64,000 nucleotides of DNA, from contig OZ024742.1 of assembly GCA_964016885.1 (NCBI GenBank), forward strand, positions 159,278,001 to 159,342,000. Reading direction: 5' to 3'. The notes under the pieces were generated by a model. It had not been told where the DNA came from. It was given only the letters and a program-made list of their open reading frames with translations, and ran no database searches. The stretch comes from Eledone cirrhosa. Its lineage: Eukaryota. Made by a program: the position numbers and the translations under genes. Positions 40,446 to 53,139 of this stretch are shown in pieces (position 1 is the stretch's first letter; each line of letters begins with the position of its first letter).

Positions 40446-41214
40446 GGTATTTCGCTCGGAGCAAATTTTATCACTGGGTTGTTATCTTCAAAAAACACCC
40501 TCAAAAAACCCTACTTCCACTTTTGTCATGCCATTGGCTGTTTTTACTCCACGTCATCACAAGTTCTGGTCAGTATTTACTGCCACACGGATGATCAGCC
40601 ATTTTCCGTCCGACACATTTCAATGGAGTCATGCTGTTGAGTTCGGTATCTCACACGTCTGTTCACACTTCAGAGTAAGCACCCACATATACGAATATAC
40701 ACACACATATACAGACACATGCAGACACATTCGTTCAGCGCATCGGTAGGAGTTCTAGTACATGGATATAAAGTAGTGGCCGTACTCGAAAACGAGTTGG
40801 CAGCCACCATATGTTGGTATGTATGTATGTAATCAGTCCCACTCTTTTGGTTAAGAGAGTGGGACTGGCTTTGTGCAGTGCCTTTGCTCACTATAAAAGC
40901 TTCACGGCACAGGCATTGCTTTATATCTGGAGATCTCTCTGCACTTGTCATGACATGGTACCATGGACCCAGCACTATGTGTCAATAATTGTCACAAGTG
41001 TAGTGTTTGTACCAGAGTTTTCAAGTCGCTGGCTGGACTAAAAGTCACACTCGTTCAGCGCATCGGTAGGGGTTCTCCTACATGGATATAAAGTAGTGGC
41101 CGTACTCGAAAACGAGTTGGCAGCCACCATATATATATGTATGTCTATATATGTGTGCGTATGTAAGTATAGCCACGTATGAGTAGGTGCGTGTGTGGGG
41201 GTGAGTAAGTGTGT

Positions 41215-41248
<34 letters not shown>

Positions 41249-41462
41249 GTGTGTGGGGGGGGGGTATGCATATGTGGGCCTCTATATGTGTGTATGTGTA
41301 TTTGTGCATACATGTATGTGTTTATGTGCATCTCGCAGGAATGTGTACGGATGATTATATATGGAGTATATATGCTTTTTATTATTACTATTATTCATTT
41401 TGTATTACTTTATCACATATCCTTTGTATATATCCGTGTATGTATGTATGAATGGGTGTACA

Positions 41463-41539
<77 letters not shown>

Positions 41540-41845
41540 TATTGTATAAAATACTGATATTTTATACCTTATATTTAATATTTTATGTTATGGTATTTTA
41601 CCTTTATTTTATGGTATATTGTGTTTTATATTGTATAATATATTTTTAATTTTTATTTTACGGTTTTGTTTATATATGTATATGTGGAAGCACATGTGTG
41701 TGTAGGCAAATATGCATATGTGCAGGTGTACGCATGTGGCAGCACGTGTGCGTATGCATATGTAGATGTATATATGTCTGCTTATGCGTAGGTATATGTA
41801 TGTATATATGTGGCTGTGCGTATGCATGTTAGGTTGTTATTTTTT

Positions 41846-41923
<78 letters not shown>

Positions 41924-42021
41924 TGTGTATGTAATTTTGTGTACGTATGTGTATTTTGTATGTATGTGTGGGCATGTGTGAGTATATATATATACATATG
42001 TATATGTATGTATATATATAT

Positions 42022-42213
42022 ATAGGAAAAAGTATGACCCCGACGGCAGAGCTCATGCCGTTTCGACGGCTAATTCTAGACAGAATTAGCCGTCGAAACG
42101 GCTTGAGCTCTGCCGTCGGGGTCATACTTGTTCCTATTACCTACTCTACTACCTTAAGTATTGAGTACTTTGGTGCGTTATGGTCCATCTGGTTCCTTAC
42201 CACATTTCCTTCG

Positions 42214-42215
<2 letters not shown>
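42022..42215 (+). mobile_element. Mini inverted PLE terminal-repeat insertion
   Basis: Same architecture and breakpoint as 5906-6098. Confidence 0.85.
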
Positions 42216-42264
<49 letters not shown>

Positions 42265-42877
42265 TATGTATTTGTATATGTATGTGTATCTATGTGTGTA
42301 TGTATATATGTGTGTGTATGAGTGTGTATATATATATATAAATGTATATAAGGTTGTGCGTATGTATGTGTGCGCGCGTATGTATATATGTGTATGTTTG
42401 AGTAGGCCATGCTTATCTCAACGGATACATGGCGCGAATTAAGCAGCCGTTATAAGGCTTGTGGCGATATGTATCTACAAGTGGGTGTGACTGGGTCCGT
42501 GGAAATGGGGGAGAGTGTGCATGTGTATATATACATATATGTATGTGTGTGGGGGGGGGGTCTGCGCATGTAGGCGTACGTGTGTGTATGCATGAATGTG
42601 TCTGCATGTGTCTGTATATGTGTGTGTATATTCGTATATGTGGGTGCTTACTCTGAAGTGTGAACAGACGTGTGAGATACCGAACCCAGCATGACTCCAT
42701 TGAAATGTGTCGGACGGAAAATAGCTGATGACCCGTGTGGCAGTAAATACTGACCAGAACTTGTGATGACGTGGAGTAAAAACAGCCAATGGCATGACAA
42801 AAGTGGAAGTAGGGTTTTTTGAGGGTGTTTTTTTATGATAACACCCCAGTGATAAAATTTGGTCCGAACGAAATACC

Positions 42878-42968
42878 CGTGTCTGAAAGAACCTGCAGCA
42901 GTAGAATCAGCCGGATCCATACAAGGACCATTTCTCGAGCTACCTGCCGGCGAAACAATTGTAACACG
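42878..42968 (+). ncRNA. Type I hammerhead-like motif, core CUGAAAGA, expanded stem II
   Basis: CGUGU-CUGAAAGA-...GCCGG..CCGGC-GAAA-CAAUUG-UA-ACACG, followed by AATAAA. Confidence 0.6.
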
Positions 42969-43019
42969 CAATAAATTAAGTCCAGATGCATCACTGATTT
43001 TTCATTTTCTTTATACTAT

Positions 43020-43940
43020 ATATATATATATATATTTATATAAGAATGTAAGTCCAAAGAATCATTAGATAAAATATATACAGTATTTCCTCTCCCAATC
43101 AATATAAATTAACCACACAAAAAATCATTTAAACGAGGCTATAAGATTAAAATGTACTTATGAAGAAATAATAGACAAAGGATACAGATTTTTTTCCGCG
43201 ATGTACAGCTATATGCCACTTACCTAGTATTTCTCCTAGCCTGTAGAAATTGACTAGACAAATAGTTAACTACATGGAATTAGGTACAAAATTGAAGTTA
43301 GAAGAAAAAATACACATAAACTTTACCAAAATTCTCAGTCTCTACCAACTAGCGGTTCGTTCCACTTTTTGGATATATCCGTTCTTGGATAGATCCACGA
43401 GGCTCCGAACTCATCAGGAGATACCTCAGACTGGACTAAGATTTTTCTACCATGATCCCCGCCAGAAATGAATTCAAAATGGCTAAGAACCATCACGTGG
43501 CCAGTGGTCAAGGCAGAAAGTTTGTGATTGGTGCCTGTCGGCGAGTAGGCTGGTTGCTAGAAAGCGCAGCGGAATATTGCCTAAAGTTTTACTCAACCTT
43601 ACGGGAGTATATATTAAATTCAAAGGGTATATATAAATTAGACAAAGTTACAAACATTCACGGTGTGGCTCAATGAAGAATTAATTAAATAATTATTTAT
43701 CAGAGCAATTTATAAAAATGTAAGTCCAAAGAATCATTAGATAAAATATATACAGTATTTCCTCTCCCAATCAGTATAAATTAACCACACAAAAAATCAT
43801 TTAAACGAGGCTATAAGTTTAAAATTTACTTATGAAGAAATAATAGATAAATGATACAGATTCTTTTCCACGATGTACAGCTATATGCCACTTACCTAGT
43901 ATTTCGCCTAGCTTGTAGAAATTGATTAGACAACTAGTTA
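43020..43940 (+). repeat. Tandem unit plus partial unit, family of 35620-36752
   Basis: 43022-43260 is repeated at 43714-43940. Confidence 0.7.
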
Positions 43941-44199
43941 ATGGACAAATAGTTTATGGAGAAAAACTCTGCATTTCAATATTACTCAATGTAAAATGTA
44001 ATGCATGAAAAATTAGAAAACGTTATTTTTTGTAATATATAAATCAAAATTACATTATTAATCTGATTCTTATTTTGTTTCTTGTAAATAATTTTTTTCA
44101 AAATATCAATTCAAAACTTTTGTGAATAGGCATCATATCTTGTCATTTACCTATGGTTTAAATTTCATATAAATCGAAGGGAACCCATTGATTAAAATG

Positions 44200-44340
44200 A
44201 AATATACGTAAGAAATCAAATGGGCATGAGCCCCATACACGTGTCAAGTTTCACCAAGATCGGTTTGGTAGTTTTTTTAGTTTTAAGTTCACAAACAAAC
44301 ACACACACAAACAGACAGAAATTGCCATTTATGTATATAT
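44200..44340 (+). mobile_element. Helentron/HINE-like 3' end
   Basis: caagtttcaccaagatcgg...caaacagacagaaattgccattttatgtata parallels the ends of the 59.7-62.1 kb units. Confidence 0.5.
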
Positions 44341-44349
44341 ATATATATA

Positions 44350-45287
44350 GTAGAATAATCGAGTATCGAAAAATCGGCGCACGAGTTCACGATAAACAAA
44401 ATTCGATATGAGCGGCAGAGGGCTCAATAATTTAGATAAATCAGAGCTATAACTATCGTTAAAATACCGTCACACATAGAACAAGTCTATAATCAACCAT
44501 ACAACCGAAAAATTGCGATCTGGAAGATTCGGGACACTCAGATAAAAAATCAATAAATCAATAAATCAAATGAATGTAAAAAGCATACCCGGACCCGCTA
44601 GAAAGATGGTAAATCTAGCTTCTTGGGTTTCTGTAAATCCTTAAACTGTCCTCTATCAGCTCACATAAAAATATATAAGACTTCTAGGTGCCAGCGGACG
44701 GGAGTTTACTTCCTCAACGAGCTTTGTCCAAACGAATGAAAAGGCATAACCCAGGCTAAATACGCACATGGAATTCAGCAAGGGAGATAACCTCTATATC
44801 CGCGAAAAATATTCGGGAAAATGTGGAAATACACATATCGAATAAGAGTGCTCAATAGACATGTTAAAATAAACAGGAGCTATTCATCATTTAATAGAAT
44901 CGACAAAAAATGAACAATAAAATTAACTGGTAAATAGCTAGGTCTAGAGCTAAATATAGTAGAATAATCGAGTATCGAAAAATCGGCGCACGAGTTCACA
45001 ATAAACAAAATTCGATATGAGCGGCAGAGGGCTCAATAATTTAGATAAATCAGAGCTGTAACTATCGTTAAAATACCGTCACACATAGAACAAGTCTATA
45101 ATCAACCATACAACCGAAAAATTGCGATCTGGAAGATTCGGGACACTCAGATAAAAAAATCAATAAATCAATAAATCAAATGAATGTAAAAAGCATACCC
45201 GGACCCGCTAGAAAGATGGTAAATCTAGCTTCTTGGGTTTCTGTAAATCCTTAAACTGTCCTCTATCAGCTCACATAAAAATATATA
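44350..45287 (+). repeat. Tandem unit (~607 bp) plus partial repeat in (TA)n
   Basis: 44350-44675 is repeated at 44957-45285; the family also occurs at 1190-1676. Confidence 0.8.
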
Positions 45288-45290
45288 TAT

Positions 45291-45389
<99 letters not shown>

Positions 45390-45643
45390 GAGTCGGGGCC
45401 CGACTCTTTCTAATATACTTACATTCTACTATTCCAAGTATCGAGTACTCTGTTGAATAATGGTTTAACTAGTTTAATACTAGTTTAATCCTGGAAATTC
45501 TATGTGTACTTGTCATAGCTTAATTGCTTTAAATTGCTGTTTTGTCTCATTGCTTACTCCATAGGGCAGCCCTTTGACTTGTGTCATACGCTGTGACTCC
45601 GAGTGGACCGTTGGTAGGAGTCGAAACTGCCAAAGTATATATG

Positions 45644-45675
<32 letters not shown>

Positions 45676-45693
45676 TGTATGTATGTATGTTAT

Positions 45694-46303
45694 GTCAGGT
45701 CACCAGTTGGTGCTACTGGTAACATGTATCCCAGTACAACCTGTCTCATGGTCGGGTCGTTGGCGACTAAACTGGCAACCTCACCAAGGTTTCTTGGTGA
45801 GGAGGGTGACTTTGGACATCCTGCAGGACTAAAAACAAAACCAGTCAAAGGGCAAAGGAGCTCTTAAGAGTCAATGGCCATCCAAAATCACCGGGAGAGA
45901 TGATCCCTTAGCCTTTGTCAAGGCAGAATTCTAGGAGAAGGAAAACTCTGATATAACACCTGCAACCCTGATGGTATCCAATGATGTTGACTTGTTCTTC
46001 TTTTTGGTAAATAATATCTTAGTTAAGAGAGTGGGACTGGCTTTGTGCAGTGCCTTTGCTCACTATAAAAGCTTCACGGCACCGGCATTGCTTTATATCT
46101 GGAGATCTCTCTGCACTTGTCGTCACATGGTACCATGGGCCCAGCACTATGTGTCAATAATTGTCACAAGTGTAGTGTTTGTACCAGAGTTTTCAAGTCA
46201 CTGGCTGGACTAAAATGTCACACTCGTTCAGCGCATCGGTAGGGGTTCTCCTACATGGATATAAAGTAGTGGCCGTACTCGAAAACGAGTTGGTAGCCAC
46301 CAT
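45694..46303 (+). mobile_element. Non-autonomous RTE-like element, copy of 533-1143
   Basis: Near-identical sequence; inserted in (TATG)n. Confidence 0.7.
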
Positions 46304-46381
46304 GTATGTATGGATACACACATACACACATCACATACACATACAGAATTTTCTTTTTATGACGAACATAAAAAAAGTAAT

Positions 46382-46416
46382 TATATAAGGTGTAAGAATA
46401 TTATAATTATTCAGTC
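46382..46416 (+). promoter_or_regulatory. Candidate TATA box plus initiator
   Basis: TATATAAG at 46382 and TCAGTC at 46411, giving 31 nt spacing to the +1 A. Confidence 0.4.
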
Positions 46417-46660
46417 GAATCGTTATGCCGCTGTTTGAAGGGTCACGATGGCTCATTCTATCAGATGGGATTGTTGATTAATATTTAGAAAAAAAAAACG
46501 AACGAACAAGACGACACCAAGGATTCACTGTTTGATTGGATAGCTTGGGTTATATGTGTATAACATATCTGAAAGAAATATTCAGAAAAATATACAGAAC
46601 TGAATTTTCTAAAGGTAAGACAACTGTACTTAGCTTTAAAGCGAATATCACAATTTAGCT

Positions 46661-46760
46661 TACCGTATATACTCGAATATAAGGTGACACCCTAGTTTAT
46701 GTCTGGGAAATGGACAAAAATACAAACCCCGTTTATTAGCCGATGCAGCTAATCAACATT
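46661..46760 (+). mobile_element. Tc2/pogo-type DNA transposon terminal fragment
   Basis: Starts TA-CCGTATATACTCGAATATAAG, typical of these TIRs; no second end seen. Confidence 0.45.
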
Positions 46761-46860
46761 TTACCTTAAACACTTAAAATATTTTAAACATCAAAATATT
46801 AAAACTTCATGAATATATTTTCAACTCATGAGAATTTCAAAACCACGGCATCATCTAAAC

Positions 46861-47339
46861 CAGCGGTTCCCAACCTTTTATAATAAATTCCACCTTAATG
46901 ATATAGCAAAACAGTATGGCCCCCCCACAAAAAATTTTTGATATCATTTTTTTTATGTAGAATTAATTTCGGCATGTCTTTTTATTTCAATCAAATCATT
47001 TAAAATGTATGATAAACTTTACTAAAATTTACTAAAATAAATAATATATATCCTGTTATAAAAATAAGTTTCTTTACTAAGTTTATTTACTAAAACATAA
47101 ATTGTTATATCCAGATTTAAATAATTATCAAGTGAAGTGAAATCATAATTAGAAAAGGTAGAAAGTTGATAAAAAGTTGAATATAAAAATTTGAAGCAAG
47201 AAAAGAAAAAAATTATGTTAGGAAACTACTCTTCTTTTTTATGTATGAAATGTTATGATTTTTAGTTAATTCCCGTGGCTCCCCCAGTAATTAGCTATGG
47301 CCCACTGGTGGGCCATGGCCCCCTGGTTGGGAACCAATG
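46861..47339. mobile_element. hAT (Charlie-type) MITE
   Basis: TIRs CAGCGGTTCCCAACC / GGTTGGGAACCAATG; 8-bp TSD ATCTAAAC at 46853-46860 and 47340-47347. Confidence 0.9.
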
Positions 47340-47734
47340 ATCTAAACAGAATGTTTTGCGCTATTCTTCCGGCTCTCTGCACTCTAAGTTGAAATACCTT
47401 GAGGTCAACTTTACCTTTCATTCTTTCAAGATCGAAGAGCACCCGTTCAGTACTAAGGTCGATTCTTACTCTATATCTCTTTCTCACTCTCTGGAAGAAA
47501 TCGACTGTGTTCCGTCCTGGAGTGAGATGAACTCCGTCAGGTTTTAAAATGTCATTACGATGTCACAACGACTTCATTAGGAGCCGAGAGTCCGTGCAAT
47601 ACAATATGATATTCTAATGCTAATTTCTTTTTTATATTTCTCTTTCAGCTGCAATCAATGGGATAAAAAAAAACCAACAACAAAAACCGTAGCCATCGCA
47701 TGGTTCGACAACTGTTAAAACAATAGATTCCACA

Positions 47735-47943
47735 ATGGAGGATACAGACACTTATTCAGAAAGTGAAAGTTGCAAAAGTACGACATCCGTCGACAGTGAG
47801 GTTATAACTTGTTGTAAAAGAAAACCCCCTTCAGCCCTATATTACGAATGGGTTTCAAGCGACGATGGTATGTCTTATATTTCCTCCATTCTCTGCCTTT
47901 CTATTTTTTTTTTGATTTTTGCGATAACACTATTACAGCTTGA
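47735..47943 (+). CDS. Candidate spliced 45-aa acidic micropeptide (47735-47867 + 47939-47943)
   Basis: Acceptor ttctctttcag at 47648, donor GTATGT at 47868, acceptor attacag at 47938, AATAAA downstream. Confidence 0.35.
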
Positions 47944-48024
47944 TTCCGAATAAAAGCATATATGGACTCGTTTACAATATGTTTATGACAAATAAACATA
48001 CATTCATATACATTTGAAAACTTG

Positions 48025-48250
48025 TAGCTTCGTAGTTAGATCAATGGGCTCACAATCAGGAGCTTGTGAGTTCGATTTATATATGTATGTGTTTGACCTC
48101 GGTCGGTTCCGACGATGAGTGTTCCAAAATTGTTGGCCTTGTGCCTAAATCAGAAACCATTATTAATATCATTACGGGGTCGATAAAAATAAAGTACCAG
48201 CAATGCACTGGGTAATTGCTGGCCTTGTGCCAAAAGTAGAAACAATTATT
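48025..48250 (+). mobile_element. tRNA-derived SINE fragments (sense orientation)
   Basis: tagcttcgtagttag..gagttcgatt head and ggggtcgataaaaataaagtaccag...ggccttgtgcc 3' part. Confidence 0.7.
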
Positions 48251-48447
48251 AATATCATTAAATGTGTATGTATATACTGTATATATATATATACATATAG
48301 ATTTTGAGTTTATGTTGGTTGTATACCAACACCTCAGTATGCAGGCTGGAGCACTCGACGAAGTGCGCAGGTTGGTTTGGTTACTCCGGAGTAGTATAAA
48401 ATAAAGTTAAATAAAAGTCAAATGATTAAAATTTAGCTTCGTTTATT

Positions 48448-48502
48448 ACTGCTATATATATTTCAGTGACAGCCATCTTTGGCTGTGACCTCTTCAGGCA
48501 GT
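48448..48502 (-). ncRNA. Minimal type I hammerhead ribozyme, canonical core
   Basis: ACUGC-CUGAAGA-GGUCACAGCCA(AAGA)UGGCUGUCACU-GAAA-UAUAUA-UA-GCAGU-AAUAAA. Confidence 0.85.
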
Positions 48503-49182
48503 TTGAATTAGTATGGTATAGACAAGTACATATGTTGTTTAGGTGTATAATATTGTCAATACTCTGATATGCCCAGTTCCTTGTTGGGTTGTTATTTCGA
48601 TGAGGAACTGGAGTCATATGAATTCCAACAAACGAATTTCAGTGTCAAAGGTCCTCTTCTCCTCTCATTGGTCAGTTATTAGAACATTCCTCATTCTAAG
48701 TGTTGTTATTGTTGGAGCTAGCTTAAAAAATTGATAAAATGGTAGAAGGGACAAAATAACAAAGAAAGTGTCAAACTTCCCATTGGTTAGTTCTGAGAGC
48801 ATTCCTCAATCAGAAGTCTATAGAATTCTTTCTGGGGTGAGGCTCCCTGTAGTGTTTTTGCTTGCTATTGTTCAGTACATTTGACCTCTACCATTATTTT
48901 GGTAGTGTTGTTGGTGTTGTGCTCAGCTTATATCTTGCTGCTGCTAACAATTTAGAAGTATCCAGTGTGTGTTTTTTCTTCCTCCCTCCTGCCACCATCA
49001 TAGTGGTGGTGGTGGTGTGGTGTGGGGGGTTCTTCCTTGTATATTGCCTTATATTTTTTCATATACATGGAAGAACCCCCCCCCCACACACACACACACC
49101 ACCACCACCATTTGACTTTTATTTAACTTTATTTTATATATACATATATGTATATATATACATATATGTATATATATATATT

Positions 49183-49268
<86 letters not shown>

Positions 49269-49372
49269 CATGCAACATTTTAGTACACAACGAAAAGAGA
49301 AATTCGTTCAAACAAAATAAATTAATTATATTTCCTATATACCGCAATATTTCTAATCTTTTAACTTTTTAC

Positions 49373-49454
<82 letters not shown>

Positions 49455-49573
49455 ATGTTCTACCTAATCTCGGTAGGATTTATAACCGTTTTTAAGCACG
49501 GTGTACTGTTAATTTGAATATCCCAGCGAAGCAAAGTGAAATCTGTTTCGAGGATGATGGTATGGTATTGTTC

Positions 49574-49649
49574 CTCCTGTTGATAAGCCCTCAGTGGTAT
49601 AATTCGACACTTAATTTGTGGCGAAACATGCTTACTGCATGTCCAGGAG
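49574..49649 (+). ncRNA. Type I hammerhead ribozyme with U3-A8 variant core
   Basis: CUCCUG-UUGAUAA-GCC...GGC-GAAA-CAUGC(UUACU)GCAUG-UC-CAGGAG: 6-bp stem I, 6-bp stem III, GUC site. Confidence 0.82.
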
Positions 49650-49869
49650 ATATAGTTATAAAAGAACGGTCTGTACATTTTAATTTATCCTTTTAATTCT
49701 TATGTACTTCCCATTCTGTTCGTAGATTATATGATTTTCTGGTGGTATTACATCCCCTATAATTGAACACATACCTCGTTGTGTATTTTTCTCTATATAC
49801 TGTCTTATAAAGAGCCCGGTGTAAATTCTTTGAGCTCATTAAATTATAGGGGTTAATGTGAGTCTTTAG

Positions 49870-49984
<115 letters not shown>

Positions 49985-50032
49985 GCCGTCGAAACGGCTT
50001 GAGCTCTGCCGTCGGGGTCATACTTTTTCATA

Positions 50033-50063
<31 letters not shown>

Positions 50064-50097
50064 GTGTGTGTGTATGTGTGTGTGTGTGTATATATAT

Positions 50098-50424
50098 AAG
50101 GAAAAAAGATGAAATCGAAATGCCAATGGAGTCTTTTTAAGAATATTTTTTTGTTTCTTTACCAATTTCGCAGTTCTTAAAATTGAGATGGAGGGTATGT
50201 GGTTTTTCTCGCATCTGTGATGCGAGATGCGTGAAAAACAATAAACGCGCCATCTCAATTCTACTTTTGAAAAGCATAAGAACTGCGAAACCAGTAAAGG
50301 AACCTAATAAATATTCTTAAAAAGATTCCAGTTGCATTTTCGATTTCAGCTTTTTTTTCTTATAGTTTCACTCGTGTAGGACATCTCGTATTTTTTTCAT
50401 TTTGGAAAAAAAAACTCATTTTGC

Positions 50425-50430
<6 letters not shown>
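50098..50430 (+). mobile_element. Inverted PLE-type mini insertion with U3-A8 HHR (50264-50299)
   Basis: Arms ~50098-50190 and 50250-50362; CUU-UUGAAAA-GCA..UGC-GAAA-CCAG-UA-AAG. Confidence 0.65.
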
Positions 50431-50491
<61 letters not shown>

Positions 50492-50499
50492 ATCCACCA

Positions 50500-51760
50500 G
50501 TCTTCTCCCGTAGGATCTTCCTCATCGGCTCAACACTGCTACAATTTACCGTGAATCACCTCTTGACTTTCGTCTAAAAAATATTTTCCGATTTTTTCCG
50601 ATCTTCTCCCATTTTTTCCTAATTGCCTTTGTCCCTATTTTGATTTCCTTCTCCTTTGTATTATATTTTTTGCATCTTTCTGTTTCCCTCCCTTTGCTGT
50701 CCACCTTTTTATTGTTTTCTTTTTGAGTTTTTTATGACCATCTCCCCCTGGACACTCCGTTCCCACCATGCCTAACCTGAAATCCTTCCTCCACCAACAC
50801 CACACCCGCCTCAAATAATTCCTCACTTCTCTCCTCCCGCCCTGCTACCTCCTCTTCGTTAAGACCCGTTATTCCAGCCACAACCAATTCCTCAGCCGCT
50901 GCCTCCATTTCCACCTCATCCCCTACAGATTCTGACTCCACTTCCACACCTTCCCCCTCTCATCACCCCCCAATCCAACACATTCTCACCCGCTCACTCC
51001 GGTCCTCCCTCGCTACCATCCACAACCTCGACCGCAACCTACCTCAAACCCTCCTTCGCCTCCTCTCCACCTGTCACACCCCCCTCGCCCACTCCATCAT
51101 TCTCTTCATCCATGACCTCAACCACGATCTCTTCTCCTTTCTCACCTCCACCAAGCTCCACAAACTCAACTCCGTCATTTCATCTAGAGGATTACCTCCC
51201 TTCCCTCGTCCACGCCGCCCTCACCCGCCCCGCGCCATCCACCCATTCGCCGTTTCCTTTTCCTCCTCACCTACCCCGCCACCCTATCCCTCCTAAGAAA
51301 CATCCTTCGCCTCTTCCGATACCTCCAGTCAGACCCCCCACCTCCCTCCCCCATCTTCCCCCTCACACCTCACCTATCCTTCAAACGCGCACGCAACCTC
51401 CGCAACCTCCTCATCCACAGCTTCCTACCCCCCCCCCCCCCCCGGATCCTTTCCCTGCTCCCGACCCCGCTGCAACACATGCCCCTATATCACCAACACC
51501 ACTACCTCTCTGTCCGGCATTCCTTTCGGTGCACGTCCTCCAGCCTTATCTATGGACTCCGCTGCACGGAGTACCGGGCGACCTATGTCGGACAGACTTC
51601 GTTCGCAACTTGACCGTCTGCGGCCTGATTGTGTGCCCTGGAACCCCCGATGCACTACTTAGGACTGAACAACGCAACATCTTCCAGTTACAGACATGCA
51701 CCCCCTCCCCTGGTTTGGGATATGGCGCATGTCTCTCTGACACCCTTAATTTAACTTTGG
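50500..51760 (+). pseudogene. Internally deleted Neptune-like PLE (N-terminus joined to thumb, Zn-linker and endonuclease remnants)
   Basis: ...RYLQSDP...SFKRARNLRNLLIH...PGSFPCSRPRCNTCPYI...EQRNIFQLQT in shifting frames; RT core absent. Confidence 0.65.
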
Positions 51761-52199
51761 ATATATATACGGCCCCTTAATTGTAGAGCTAACTCAGTTG
51801 AAAGGACTCGGCTGCTATTTCTAGTTGTCGATAACCCTATTCACGCCACTGGGATGAAGCTGGTACGATGTGTGTATTTTTAAAAAATGCAACACGTGCT
51901 GCTAGTCATTCGCAGATTTGAATTTGCTGTGTAAACACAGATAGTTAAATCTTCTCCCGTGTTGAAAATCCGTATTTTTGACTACTGTGGTTTACCGATC
52001 GATTGATGGTGAAATATATTTCTTTAATGAAATATATACAAGGAAGGTTAATCAATGTATAAGGTATCTATATTTAAAGTTCCAGTTAAACTTTAATTAG
52101 TTACCTACCTAGCTATGTGTGCTTACACACTTTTACAAATTATTGCCTGTGATTGTTTCATATGTTTATTTTAGATGTATATATATGTCAATCAATTTC

Positions 52200-52255
<56 letters not shown>

Positions 52256-52316
52256 AAGAAAAGATGAAATCGAAAATGCAACTGGAGTCTTATTTAAAAA
52301 AAAACTTATTTGGTTC

Positions 52317-52355
52317 CTTTACCGGTGGTTTCGCAGTTCTTCTGCTTTTCAAAAG
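52317..52355 (-). ncRNA. Minimal type I hammerhead with U3-A8 core
   Basis: CUU-UUGAAAA-GCAG(AAGAA)CUGC-GAAA-CCACCGG-UA-AAG. Confidence 0.65.
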
Positions 52356-52387
52356 TAGAGTTGAGATGGAGGGTCTGTGGTTTTTCT

Positions 52388-52424
<37 letters not shown>

Positions 52425-52660
52425 GGCAGACGCGAAGGAGTGAGTGGTCTTGATAAACGCTAATGAAGGAGAAACAGGGCTGTCGATCACTCTCCTTTGC
52501 TTTTGCCGAGAATAAGTAAATGACATAGTCATTACTTTAAAACTCATAGCGAATTGTCTTCAAAAGGTTTTCAATTAAACATACAGTATATTGCCAAACA
52601 TACTATGTTTGCCAAATATACATACATTCATGTGTACATCGCTATTTCAGAACACCAATA

Positions 52661-52711
<51 letters not shown>

Positions 52712-52741
52712 AGATCAAAAGATGGTTAAAAGAGTTCCATG

Positions 52742-52806
52742 TATTTTATTATGCGCATTTCAAAAACAAGTATCATCATGAGATGACGTTTTCGTCAGAT
52801 AAAATA
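52742..52806 (-). ncRNA. Type I hammerhead ribozyme in the inverted pLTR
   Basis: Identical to 56620-56684. Confidence 0.8.
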
Positions 52807-53139
52807 GGGAGACATGATATGAAGGTTAAAAAACACTTGTGAATAGTGCAGTTTTAAATCAACATATGAAAAGTAATTTAAGATTGATGTGTGATATTGG
52901 GAAAAAAATGAGGGGGGGGGGGAGGATGAAAAAGAGGAGGAGATGAGAGTAAAGAATGGTGGGGAGGGAGTATAATAAGGAAGGATGAGATACGAGGAGA
53001 GATGGGTGATAGAAAGAGAGAGAGATAGCCTTTATTACTGAGAAAAATATATTGTTTCACAGAGAGAGGTTAAAAAGCCGTTGGAAGATAATATATAATT
53101 TAAAAGAATTTGAAAATTGATGAAGAGAAGAAAAAAATT

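Larger units (their letters stand above)
40307..43018. mobile_element. Element with ~420 bp inverted arms (40307-40730 / 42593-43018) carrying HHRs; contains nested insertions
   Basis: Arms are reverse complements (paired ORFs 40352/42648 and 40528/42475 in the track). Confidence 0.75.

Noticed and set aside
51112-51780. 222-aa proline-rich ORF
   Set aside because: Mostly an off-frame reading of a C-rich Neptune relic.
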